Below are positions 1 through 11,657 of a stretch of DNA of 64,000 bases, piece by piece. Each line of letters begins with the position of its first letter. Within the stretch, counting starts at the first letter, position 1. The notes beneath the pieces are model-generated. The model did not search any database. It had not been told where the DNA came from and was given only the letters and a program-made list of their open reading frames with translations. Source of the stretch: Vicugna vicugna (lineage: Eukaryota); contig MU057651.1 of the NCBI GenBank assembly GCA_013265495.1, positions 744,001-808,000 on the forward strand, read 5' to 3'. Both the position numbers and the translations under genes were made by a program.

Positions 1-2430
1 AAAAATTGAAGTGAAAAGAATGCTTCCAACTTCAGTATATGAGACTAGAGTCACCCTGACACCAAAACCAAAGAAAGACACCACGAAATAGAAAATTACA
101 GTTCACTGATGAACATAGACAAAAATCCTCAACAAAAGATCAGCAAAATGAATCCAACAACAAAAGGATCATATGCCATGATCATGTGGGATTTATGCCA
201 GGGATGAAAGGATGGTGTAATACCTTCAAATCAAGCAATATGATATACCACATTAACAATTTGAAGAATAAATAATTATATGATCATTTCAATAGATGCA
301 GAGAAGCCTTTTGACAAAATTAAAGATCCACTTATGATATAAAGTCTCACAAAGTGGGTATAGAGGGAACATACCTCAACATAATAAAGGCCATATATAA
401 CTAACTTACAGTCAACATCATACTAAATGATGAAAAGCTGAAATCATTTCCTGTATGATCAGAAATAAGATAAGAATGTCTTTTGCTCAACATAGTATTG
501 GAAGTCCTAGCCATAGCAATTGGACAATAAAAATAAATAAAAGAAATCCAATTGGAAAGGAAGAAGTAAAACTGTCACTATTTGCAGATGAAAAGATACT
601 ATACATAGAAAATCTTAAAGACACCACCAAGAACTCTTAGAACTCATAAATAAATTCAATAAAGTTGCAGGATATAAAATTAATATACAGAAATATGTTA
701 TATTTCTATACAACAATAACAAACTATCAAAAAGAGACATTAAGAAAACAATCCCATATACAATTTCATCAAAAAGACTAAAATACCTAGAATAAGACCA
801 ACGAAGGAGGTAAAAGGTTTGTACTCAGAAAACTTTAAAACATTGATGAAAGAAACTGAAGATGACACAAACAAATAGAAAGATAGACCATCCTCATGGA
901 ATGGAAGAATTAATATTTTTTAAATGATCATACCACCCAAGGCAATCTACAGATTCAAAGCAATCTCTATCCAAATACCAATGGCATTTTTCACAGAACT
1001 AGAACAAATAATCCTCAAATTTGTATGGAAACACTGAAGGCCCCAAACAGCCAAAGCAATCTTGAGAAAAAAAAAAAATGAGAGGTATCATGTGCCCTGA
1101 TTTCAAACTATACTACAAGGCTACAGTAATCAAAACAGTATGGTGCTTGCACAAAAACAGACACATAGATAAATGGAACAGAATCGAGAGCCCAGAAATG
1201 AAAGCTCACTTACATCATCAATTAATCTATGACAAACAAAGAAAGAGTATACAATGGGGAAAGGACAGCCTTTTTAATAAATGGTGTTGTGGAAACGGGA
1301 CAGCTGCATGCAAAAGAATCACATGCTATTTCTCATGCTATTTACAAAGATAAACTCAAAATGGATTAAATACTTAAATTTAAGAGCTGAAATCATAAAA
1401 CTCATAGAAGAAAATGAACACAGGCAGTATGCTTTTTGACATCAGTCTTATCAGTATTTTTTTAGGTATGTCTCCTCAGGCACAGAAAACAAAAGCAAAA
1501 ATAAGCAAATGGGATTATATCAAACTAAAAAGCTTTTGCACAGTGAATGAAACTATCACCAAGGCAAAAAGGCAGTCTACTGAATGGGAGATGATATTTG
1601 CAAATGATATATCTGTTAAGGGGTTAATATCCAAAATATACAAGGAACCCATATGACTCAACATCAAAAAAACAAACAACTTGATTCTTAAAAATGGGTA
1701 GAGAATCTGAATTGACATATTTCCAAAGAAGACATACCAAAAAAAAAGACATACAGATGGCCAACAGGCACATGATAAGTTGTTCAACATTACTAATTAT
1801 TAGGGAGATTCAAATCAGAACACAATATCATTTCATACCTCTCAGAATGGGTATCATCAAAAAGGTCACAAATAACAAACGTTGGTGAGGATGTGGTGAA
1901 AAGGGAACCCTCGTACACTGTTGGTGGGACTGTAAACTGGTACAGCCACTGTGGAAAACAGTATGGCAATTTCTCAAAAAACCCAAAAACAGAACTAGTA
2001 ATTCCACTCCTGGGTATATATCCAAAAAAACCCCAAAGACAGTAATTCAGATACATGCACCCCAATGTTTACCAGTAGGATTTCACTTAGATGTGGAATC
2101 TAATAAATAAAACAAATGAATAAACATAACAAAACAGAAAAAGCTTGAGAAATACAGAGAGCAAACTGGTGGTTGCCAGAGGGGAGGCAGGGAGATGAGC
2201 GAAATAGATATGGAAGATCAAAAGGTACAAACTTACAGTTATGAAATAAACAAGTCAAGGGGATGTAATGTATAGCATAAGGAATATAGTCAATATACTG
2301 TAATAACTTTGTATGGTGACAGATGGTAACTAGGCTTACCGTGGTGATCATTTTGTAATGTATAAAAATATCAGACCACTATGATGCACACTTGAAACTA
2401 ATATAATATTTAAGTCAATTATACTTTAAT
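1..2430 (+). mobile_element. LINE-1 fragment (ORF2 RT to C-terminus plus 3' UTR), decayed; laurasiatherian/artiodactyl-type 3' end
   Basis: ORF pieces translate to L1 ORF2 motifs (IGKEEVKLSLFADEKILYIEN with the RT FADD motif degraded to [44 protein letters not shown]). Many stops and frameshifts. Typical L1 3' tail 'gtcaattatactttaat'. Internal deletion near 2075. Confidence 0.95.
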
Positions 2431-2537
2431 ATTGGTCTGTAATTCTCTTTTTTGGTGGTGTCTTTGCCTGGTTTTGGTAACAGGGTGATGGTGGGCTTCA
2501 TAGAATGAGTTTGGGACTATTCCCTCCTTTTCAATAA
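2431..2537 (-). mobile_element. Short inverted L1 ORF2 fragment
   Basis: Minus strand translates to IEKEGIVPNSFYEA..., the L1 ORF2 segment homologous to window positions ~1-105. Confidence 0.85.
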
Positions 2538-3147
2538 AAAATCTGGATCTCATGACCTCTCCCTTTGCTCTCTGGTGCACACATGCATGCACACACTTTA
2601 AGAGGCAAGCTATCAAAATTTGTCTTTGGGATTTCCATATCTCTGTTCAGTTATTCTGGCACTACCTCTTCTCACCCCAGGCAGCCAGTGCACTCTTAAT
2701 TCTACCAGCCAATATGTATAGAGTTTCAGCTATGTCTGGCACAATGCCCCCACCTGTTGCCACGGAGGCGCCTCTTCCTGTCAGGGCTCTATGCTCTGTT
2801 TTCACCTCTCCAACACATTCTGTCTTATGGCCCAATTCCAAATGGCTATCCTCTTAGCTCCCAGTTAACTGAAAAAAGAATTTTGCAAAGGTATTTATGG
2901 TTGATAAATTTCATTATTGAGTCCAGACTCTGTGGGAATATAGCCTTGCTGATAGCAGCCCGAGGGGGAAACCACCTCTGATGATGTAGCAACCTGCTTC
3001 ATCCTCCACTGCTTGTGTACTCATCTCTTTATCTTACTCTGTACATAATTCTCTACCTTTAGACCTCCCAACCATTCTGCCCTCAGCTGACACCCAACCG
3101 CCTCTGCCTTAGCTCAGACCTTCATCATCTCACGTCTTAGCTATCCT

Positions 3148-3325
3148 AATAATAGCTAACCTTTATCAACTGCTTACTAAGTGCCAAACACTGTTCAAGG
3201 AGCTTGACACAATTTAATCCTCACATAACCCTTTGCGATGAGTACTATTATTGTCCCCATTTTACAGATGAGGGACTTGAAGTACAGTAACTAGAGTCAC
3301 ATGGCTAACAAATAGCAGAGCCAGA
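3148..3325 (-). mobile_element. MIR SINE
   Basis: Reverse MIR core 'ttattgtccccattttacagatgagg' and MIR tail 'aataatagctaac...tgcttactaagtgcc'. Confidence 0.85.
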
Positions 3326-3798
3326 ACACAGAAACTTGAGGAAACTTGGCCCCACATTTAATGGCCACAATATAAGATTTCTTTAGCTAGAAGGAGAACA
3401 TAAAAACAGAGTCTATAGAAATCTCTTTGCTGAGCAGCTTCTGTCTTCATCTCTCTTTTGGGGGGGGGTGAGGGGCAGATAAAGTCATCATAGCCCTGGC
3501 AAGTGAGTCACTGTGAAATAAGGTAACCAGAGAAGGTTTCTCAAAGTAAATAGGACTATAATTGACCCTTGAAGGGTGAATGCAATTCAGACAGAGAGAA
3601 CAGCAGTGGGGATTTCAGCTCGGGGCCATGGCGCGTGCGTGCAAAGGTAAAGAGTGGGGAATGCCCCAGCTGTGTGGGAAAGACAGAGAGAACAGACCAA
3701 GCTGCTGGAGCAAAGGGTTCTATTGGGAGAAGCCTGTTAGGGCCAGGCTAGTGCAGTTCTGAATGCCAAGCTAAGGGGTATGAATCCCAGGAGTAGAC

Positions 3799-4042
3799 CA
3801 GTGGTCTCCACACTGTGTTCCCTAAGGCTCACGAAAGAAGGGAGGCTCTAGTACCCTCCCTCCTCGCTTCAACTAACCCATATCTACATTTTTAGAGCAC
3901 TTCTATTTTTCATTTTGGGGCTTCAGCTACCCAATATTTTGCTCGAGAAAAGCATCCCCCTGCTAATTGGAAGCCAAAGAATAAACAAATGAACAGACCC
4001 AAAGAACAAACAAACAAATGAACAGACATTGAAAACGACTAC
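3799..4042. mobile_element. MER103-like hAT-Charlie non-autonomous element inserted in an L2 fragment (~3690-4330, minus)
   Basis: Starts 'cagtggtctccacactgtgttcc', ends 'ttgaaaacgacta'. L2 sequence resumes on both sides. Confidence 0.55.
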
Positions 4043-5612
4043 TCCAGGCAATGGAAAGCCAGCTATGATTTTTGACCAGGGATATGACATGACCAGAATG
4101 GTGTTTTAGAAATACAATTCTGATGATAGAAGGTAGGGTGGACTAGAGGAGATAATAAGTAGAGGGATTTGCCGGGACCTTGCTGTAACTGTTTAAGTTG
4201 ACAAGGCCAGCGGCAGTGGGAACGGTTGGAAAAAGGCTAGATGTTTGAAACATTCCAAAGGGTATACACAAAGCGTGGCTAATATAGCATGATAACTGAC
4301 ACTATGTGAAAGTCAGAAAGGAGTCAAGGGGTTACATCTCTAAGAAGGATATTTCAGCTGATAAGGAAAATATTCGGGGTCAGAGAGACCATTCCAATGT
4401 GCTTCAAACCATAACATGTTGGGTGATCTGTACTTCTGACTCCTCAGAAGAGAAAACCAGCCTCAATTTGTTGTTCTGGAAAGGAAAACAAACTGACACA
4501 TTTATCTTTAAAAGTGAGGTGGGAAGAATAAGGAGTTATTTTTCAGGACTACTCAGAGACCAGTTATCGAATATTCCTGTCTGACAACGAGAGATTCCCT
4601 TGGGGGTCCTTCGGAAAAATGGTGAGAAACAAGCTTAGAGAAGAGAAATGTTCTTATAAGCCTGCACTGTCTGTGCAGAGCAATAACTGTTTTAGATTGG
4701 GCTCCAACAAATTGAGACTGGGAGCTAAAGGGCAGCCACCAGATTTAATTCAACGGTCTCTAGAGCATCTAGCACATTACTGGTGCTCAATCAGTGTTAA
4801 ATCAGCCATGGAAAGAAGCATAGATCCCTATGCCTAGAGTAAAAGAGAAATTGGGTTAAGTCAGATGAGACTGAAGCAGAGACCTAATGAGAAATGGAAT
4901 TAAGATTTGATATTACACCCCTTTTCTACAAGTGGAATGAACACTGGACAGGGAATCCCAAATTCAAGGCTTAACCGTATTGCCAGGTACGTATGTGACT
5001 TTGGACGAGTCACTTCCTACTTCAGGCCTAATTCTCTCTGTTGTCAAAGGAGGAGAGTGATTTCTGTCATACGAGGCTGCTGGAAGGGTGGAATTTGATT
5101 TTTAAAGTGCTTTAAATAGTATCAAGTACATACACAGCAAAGTATTTTGATCCTGATCTTACCTGCCTGGATAATGGTATGTGACAAGAATTTTAATAAA
5201 TCAAACCTCCTATCAACATCTTAACACTTTGTTACACAAGTCTGACAGAACTTTAGAGTGAACACCCATGTCCCCACCATTCCTTGGTTTTTCAAGGCAC
5301 TATTCAGCAATAGTTCTGCAAAAGCAGTTAGCAAAGCAGACTGATATTCATCATTTTCTGTCATTTGTGCTAATCCTCCCATTGTAGCCTCTCTACTCCC
5401 TTTGTATTATCTTGCAAAGGAATCTATCTGAGGGAGAACCCAGAACACGTTTGTTGCCAACAAAACATATTTTCTCTTTGCTTCTCGGGGTTGGACCTAT
5501 GGTGATCATGGCTAGAAAAGGCAGCAGAATAATTGGACTAGATCAGTGAAGGAAGGCATCTGCAAGATTTGGTCCAGTTGGATAAACTGCAACCCACCTC
5601 TCTCTGGGATCC

Positions 5613-6077
5613 TGTTACTGAAAGCAAATTCGAGTCCGCAATACACCATGAGGGCAAACAAACTGAACTTCGGAGTTTGGAGCAGAGAAGGGTTTACTGC
5701 AGGGCCAAGCAAGGAGGACGGGGTGGCTCATGCTCAAGAAAACCCTGAACTCCTCAAAGAGTTTTAGCAAAACATATTAAAAGCCAGGTAAGGGAGGGTG
5801 GTCGCAGAGTATGTGATCAGCTCGTGTACAATTCTCTGATTGGCTGATGTTGAGGGAATAGAGCGGTCAACACTGTCAACCCCCAGGTGCCAGAAGGTCT
5901 GGAGGCTATTTGCTCTTGATCTTCAAGTAGTTAATTTCTTCCCTTTGGTGGTGTTTTTTAGCATCTGAAAAACTCAGGAAATACACATGAGATACTATTA
6001 TTGGAAAGGAGCTACAGCAGAGGTTATGGGGGAGGGGTCTGTCCCAGGAAGGCCCCACAGGGTCCTGCTTCGTTATG
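5613..6077 (-). mobile_element. ERV1-type solo LTR (MER41-like artiodactyl family)
   Basis: TG at 5613; 4-bp TSD ATCC (5609-5612 / 6078-6081); minus-strand CCAAT box (ctgattggctg) and AGTAAA poly(A)-signal variant; minus-strand start 'aacgaagcaggaccctgtggggccttcctgggacagacccctccccc' resembles artiodactyl MER41-like LTRs (from memory). Confidence 0.75.
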
Positions 6078-6384
6078 ATCCCACAATAGAGAAGATAGTA
6101 TCTCTGGATGCCCACTGCTTACAAAAGTTCTTTTCAATTCATACCCTTTACTATCAGAATCACTGATTACTGAGAAGACAAATGTAATCTGCTTAACAGA
6201 TGAAGAATAAACTTTTTGATAATAAAACGAGGGAATCAGAATGCTATTTATGAAAACCGGCCAAGCAACCTTGCCATAGGTAAATTCAAACCTGCTGACC
6301 CACCAATCTTCCCACCAACAGTGGTAAACATGCCGGGATGAATGAAGACGGTGCCCTTTTCCACAGGAATGGCCACTAAGTTCT

Positions 6385-6810
6385 ACACAACTTGAACTCT
6401 CATCAATAGATGAATGGCTAAATAAATCCTGGTATAATCAAATTACGGACTATTATGTAGCTATTTGAAAGGGTGTAGCTGATCTATGACTACTGATGTG
6501 CCGGGCGGTCTGTGATGTACTCTTAAGGGCATAAGCCAGGCTGCAGAGAAATGTGTATGTCATGATCCCATTCTAGTACACACACCAAAATCTCCAGTAG
6601 ATGTGCTCCATGCCTGCATGTATCTGCAGGCGCTTTGGGAGGTTGTGGAAGGATTCAGACTTAGGCTGTCACTATTGCTTATTCTGCAGAGAAAGAAAGT
6701 GCATTGCTTATTTTCCTTTGTTTTGCCTGGGCATTGTTTCACTGATGGCACTGAAAGTGTAGAACATTTACAATTTCTGAAAAAAGTTTAATAATTATTA
6801 AAAAAAAAAC
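6385..6810 (+). mobile_element. Old L1 (L1ME-like) 3' fragment
   Basis: 'catcaatagatgaatggctaaataaatcctggtata...gactattatgtagctattt' is a decayed L1 3' UTR motif. Confidence 0.6.
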
Positions 6811-7954
6811 TTTACATGGGACTTAGAGGACTGCTTCCCTCCACTGCTTCCCTGGTCTTTCTGCTCCCCTGTCCTTTATGCCTACATTGAGGGACAATAA
6901 AAGCTATTTCTTGCTCAGAGAATCTTGCCTCCTTTGCTGCTGAATCATTTGCATGCCAAGAGAGGTGAAGGGTGATGAAACAGGTAGGTCTTGAACTAGG
7001 CTTCATCCCCTTGCCCCTTCCCAACATTCCTGGGAAACAGAAATAACCAACATGGAAAGTCAGACACAGTCCTGTGTATAAACAGCTCCTGTGTGAATAA
7101 GAGGCAGCTGTGTTTCCAAATCACGCCTTCATTTCAAGGAATCAGGGCAATTGGCCAGCCCTGTGGTCAAGGAGTCCGGACCACCCAAACTGCCTGGCCC
7201 CTGCTGCTGCCTCCCCAACTTTTGCATTCTGCCCTCCCACCAAGAATAACAACCCAAGTCTCAGAAAGAGTCATCATCTTTCGAGCACCCACTGTGAGGC
7301 TGGCACTGGCACTATGCAAAGCATTTTCAGCCAGATCATCTCATGTTAATCTGTACCACAGCCTCTGTGATTGATAAACTGTGATTTTGCAACAACAACA
7401 AAAGCAATAGGCTGGAGCCATCGTAGAACCCCATCGTACTGGGTTTCTTTAATCCTTTAATGTACCAAAGGCCTAGGATTCCCCTAGTGTTCTTCCAACT
7501 ACACTTGATGAAAGACACAGATATGGAGATCAGAGAAGTTGGCTAATGCTTAAAAGATCACATAGCCTTGAAGAGCAGAGATAGGAATGGCTTGTCCAGG
7601 ATTTGATTCAGCCAGAGAAACTTGCAGCTTCCCAGGGTTATTACAGAGCACCCAAGGAGCTCTAGTTCCTAACTTGCAACTGTGTGGCTCTTACACAATC
7701 CCAGGAAGCCATTACCCATGATAACGATTCCTGACATTGACATTGCACTTGACATTTTGCAATAAGACAAGAAAATTACCCCAATTATATAGAGGAAGAA
7801 ATGCTTTCAGGGGGGTTAGGTGACTCATTCAAAGTCATAAAGCCAGGAAATTCATGAGCCAGGACTAAAATCTGAGTAGTGAATGAGGGAAGCTACCCGT
7901 TTCTTTTTCCTGTTCGACCAGCTAATTAACATCCATGCTGGGATTGTGAGGGCA

Positions 7955-8195
7955 CAGTATCACTTGGTGTAAAACACAGATTTTGTTACTTTCTCACCAT
8001 GTGACCTTGGACAAGTCACTAATCAGCTCTGTGCCTTAGTTTCTTCATCATAAAATGTAGATACATAATAAAAATGCCTACCTCCTAGAGTCACTGTAAG
8101 AGCTCTTCCACGAGATAACTCAGAGCAGTTACGAGAGTTTTGAGCATTTAGCACAGTGCTTGGCATGCTGGAAGAACTCAGTACCCATAAACTAT
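7955..8195 (+). mobile_element. MIR SINE
   Basis: 'tgtgaccttggacaagtcactaatcagctctgtgccttagtttcttcatcataaaatg' core and MIR tail. Confidence 0.85.
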
Positions 8196-9023
8196 TCTTG
8201 TTATATTTAAAAATACTCAAGATGTGACTCTTGCTCACTAGCACAAATACAAAGTAGGTCTTTGTGAGGCTGTGGAGGCTGCCAAGTTTATTCTGTAATA
8301 GATGCTTTGATACAGAGCAAATTTATTCATAAGGACAAGGAACCCAAAGATGGAAGGCGTGATAACAAAGAGGACTGCAATTCTCAGAGGCCGTAGTCGG
8401 TAATAATCCCTTTCACGTTGTCTGCCGCCCCTGGGGCCACTGGAAGGCCAGGCGACAATGGGTTGTGCCTGCTTTCAGCCATGGCAAGAAGTGGCTTCAC
8501 CTGCTCCAACCCACACTCTACCGGTGCCACCCTTTGGCCTGGCATCTTCCCAGTGGGTCAACAGCCCCTGCAAACGTAGATGTCAGCCAGAGGCACTTAC
8601 CCCCCATTGCCCCAAAGGGCAGAAGAGGGGAAAGAGATGGTACAGTTGGAAAAACGGGGAGGAACGAAGTGGGAACAGGGACAGTGACAGGAAGAGAGAC
8701 AAAAATAAATGAACACTGCCTTCCTCCGGCAGGTTACAGGGGTAACCGATTCTAAACTCAGGGTGCAGTGGCAACACAACACTGTGAATGCACTGAATGC
8801 CACTGAATTGTTCACTTTAAAATGTGTGTGTTATATAAATTTTACATCAATATAAAATAGAACCCAGGGGCTCACAGCCCCATGGTCCCAGAGAGAATTT
8901 TATGCAGACACTGGCCCTGGCCTGGGGTTCAAAGAGCTCCTCGTGGGCAATAAATACATATTTGTGCATCTCCTATAACGTGCCGCCTCTGGGCTGCCCA
9001 CTCGTGTGGTGGTAGTGCATGAA

Positions 9024-9036
9024 TGTGCGTGCGTGC

Positions 9037-9067
<31 letters not shown>

Positions 9068-9082
9068 GAGAGAGAGAGAGAG
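9024..9082. repeat. Compound (GCGT)n/(GT)n/(GA)n microsatellite
   Basis: Read directly from the sequence. Confidence 0.95.
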
Positions 9083-9174
9083 ATTTCTCAGAGTAGTTCC
9101 TGTGATTCTTGACTGGGAATTTTCTCCAATAAGAACAATAATAACACTTAATTCTGGTTTAAGTGATGAGCCCA

Positions 9175-10030
9175 ACTTTAATCCTCAGCAATCCCCAGAG
9201 GCAGGGATTATTATGACACCCTTATGACAGATGAGAGAATGGAAACCCAAGGAGTTCCAGGAGTTGCTACAAAGTCACTCAGTAAGTGACATGGAAATGC
9301 TAAAATTCAAACGCAGGCAGCGAAGCCAGCTGATGACTGTGCCTGCTGCAGAGAGCTCGCTACCTCCTGCACCGAACACCTACTCTCTGCCAGTGCCATG
9401 GAGACACCAGAACAGCCTAAAGGCTGTGGCCTCCGCCCTCAAGGAAGTGACAACACAGATGGAGGGGTCTCCTGGAGGAAACTGCAAAGGACCATTTTAA
9501 AGAGTGCTTGGCAGCTAAGTCAATCTACTCATCGTAAGTGCTCAGAGAAGAGCTGACAATAATAGTAACAATTATGATCCTTCACATTGGCTGAGCACTT
9601 TTCTAGGTACCTGAGGCATGTTTAACATTCCTGACCTTATTTATTCTTTATGGCAAACCTGGGAGTTATCCACTGGTACCAGCCTCGTTTGAGAGTAAGG
9701 GAACTGAAGCTCAGAGAGGTAGAACAAAGTAACTTGTTCCAAGTTGCACAACTAGCAAGTAAGGGTGGACTGGGTTTGAACCACTGGGTGTTTACACATA
9801 GAAGAAACTCAACAAGTCCCCATCAAATGAATGTCTGTCTTCCATCTATTGAGCACCTGCTCTGTTCTCTATCTTATTTAATGCTCACGACCCTATGAAT
9901 TCAGTGCTGTTATCGGCCCCATTTTACAGATGAGGCACCTAAAGCTCAGAGATGTTAAGTAACTTGCCCAAGTTCACACAGCTATTAGATGGCAATGCTC
10001 TGATTCAATCTCATGTCTGCCAACTCCAGG
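9175..10030 (-). mobile_element. Cluster of three MIR copies (~9175-9320, ~9560-9785, ~9845-10030)
   Basis: Repeated reverse cores such as 'cccattttacagatgaggcacctaaagctcagagatgttaagtaacttgcccaag'. Confidence 0.8.
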
Positions 10031-10844
10031 CCTTTCTCAGCTGTCTTCCAGAGCCTTCTCTGAGGCTGCTTATTCAGCTGCCTCCTTCTGTGCATACATG
10101 TCAGTCGGCCTTGATTTGACTGTAAACAAGGGAGATACAAATAACAGGCTGGCCTCTAATTCAATGCATGGAAAACACGATCACAGCAGGCAGGCAGAGG
10201 GGAAGGGCGCTACCATGGGGGAAGATGGGGGCTGAGGCATGGCAAATTCTGATGGAAGCATGGCGATTCTCCATGTGCTCCCCCCAGGGGAGAGACATTT
10301 TGGCTCCTCTAACAGCAAAAGCAACAAACTCAAAGCATGCCACAGCCAACAACAAACGGGAATCTTCCTTGGAAATCTGTTTCTAATAAACGAGTCCCAC
10401 ACAGGGGAGGCAGCCGGGTTCAGGCAGCCTGTACCCTGACATCTCATTGGAATGATGCTGCTCTCTGCAAGAGCCTCAGCTTGGCTCCAACTGCCACCCA
10501 CGAGGAAGGGCTGGACTTCTCCCAGGACCTAAACCCTAGGCTTGCTCTGGAAGAGACTGCTTCATGCCCCCTGCGATTTGCTGCCAGCTTTTGTTCATGC
10601 TTCTTCTGTTGGGTGCTCTGTTCTGTTCTGGGGATCAGAGTGACTCTCACAGGGCCAGATCCCATGGCTCACAGGGTGATGCTGTAGTCAAGGGGTCAAG
10701 ATGATGGACTGCCAATCCACGGAGCTCGGAATGCCCACCCTTCTTCAACTAGAGAATTCTCCCACAGTGCTGAGCCCAGAGGAGATGGTTCCAAAACACT
10801 TGTTGATTGATTGACAGATTGATAGTGCAGTAATTCAGTCCTAG

Positions 10845-11011
10845 AGCTTTGCTACTCCAGGTGTGGCCCATGGACCAGAGGCATGGACATCACCAGAGAG
10901 TCAATTAAAAATGCAGCATCTCAGGTCCCAGTGCATATTTTCTGAATCAGAAACTGAATTTTAACCAGACCTCCAGGAGATTCATATGAGCATTAAAGGG
11001 AGAGAAGTACT
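10845..11011. mobile_element. MER5A hAT-Charlie MITE
   Basis: 'gctactccaggtgtggcccatggaccag...tgaatcagaaactgaattttaac...gagaagtactg' follows the MER5A layout. Confidence 0.8.
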
Positions 11012-11090
11012 GGTGAAGGACAGTGGCTCAGAAAGGCTTCCACTGCCACCGCTGGACAATAGGTCCTCATTCCCTCAGATTTTATGAATC

Positions 11091-11657
11091 CAGTGATTTC
11101 CAAATCTGCTTGTACATTATTTCATCCGAGGAACTGGGGTAATTTTTAGAATTTTTTTTTAATTTGAAAATAATTTTAAGCTAACAGAAGAGTTCTAAGA
11201 ATACAAAGAACCCTTGTCAGCAGGGTAAGCCTTCACCCAGATTCACCAAATGTTAGCATTTTGCCATATTTGTTGGATTCCTCCCCCTCTGCATTTCTAC
11301 ATGGTATTTTTCCCTTCAATCCATTTGTGTAAATTGCAGACATCATGTTCTTCACCCCTAAACACTGTAGCATATATTTCCTAAGAACAAGAACATCCTC
11401 TTATGTAATCACAATATGACTATCAAGTTCAGAAATTTCTATTACCTAATATACAGTCCATATTCAAAGTCAACTGTCTCGATGGTGGCCTTTATGGTAA
11501 TTTTGTTTTCTATCTGGAGAGCTTTTAAAAAGTGCCAATGCTGTGGCCCTAACGCCACACCACTGAAGACAGAATCTCTGTACGAGAGGCCCGTGTGTAT
11601 ACATTTTTAGGCTTTCCAGGAGATTCTAATGTGCAGCCAAGGCTAAAAACCTGTGGG
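11091..11657. mobile_element. MER5-type element split by an old L1 (L1MC-like) 3' fragment (~11150-11480, minus)
   Basis: MER5 start 'cagtgatttccaaatctgcttgtacatt' and remainder 'tctggagagcttttaaaa...gattctaatgtgcagccaaggctaaaaacc' flank L1MC motifs 'cttcacccagattcaccaaatgttagcattttgcca'. Confidence 0.65.

Noticed and set aside
455..1888. ORFs with reverse-transcriptase-like peptides
   Set aside because: Fragments of a dead L1 ORF2 with stops, frameshifts and a degraded FADD motif; not a host gene, retron or other RT system.
2060..2100. Internal L1 deletions (here and ~29940) as spliced L1 RNA
   Set aside because: Compared with the fuller copy at 46150-46817, the breakpoints do not fall at GT...AG; ordinary deletions are more likely.
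3983..4027. 16-bp direct repeat aaacaaatgaacagac as a CRISPR-like or regulatory array
   Set aside because: Only two copies; a local slippage duplication. No repeat-spacer array exists anywhere in the window.
8420..8442. CTCF-like GC motif (also ~15685 and ~42740)
   Set aside because: Several mismatches or spacing errors against the CTCF core; cannot be supported without a PWM scan or ChIP.
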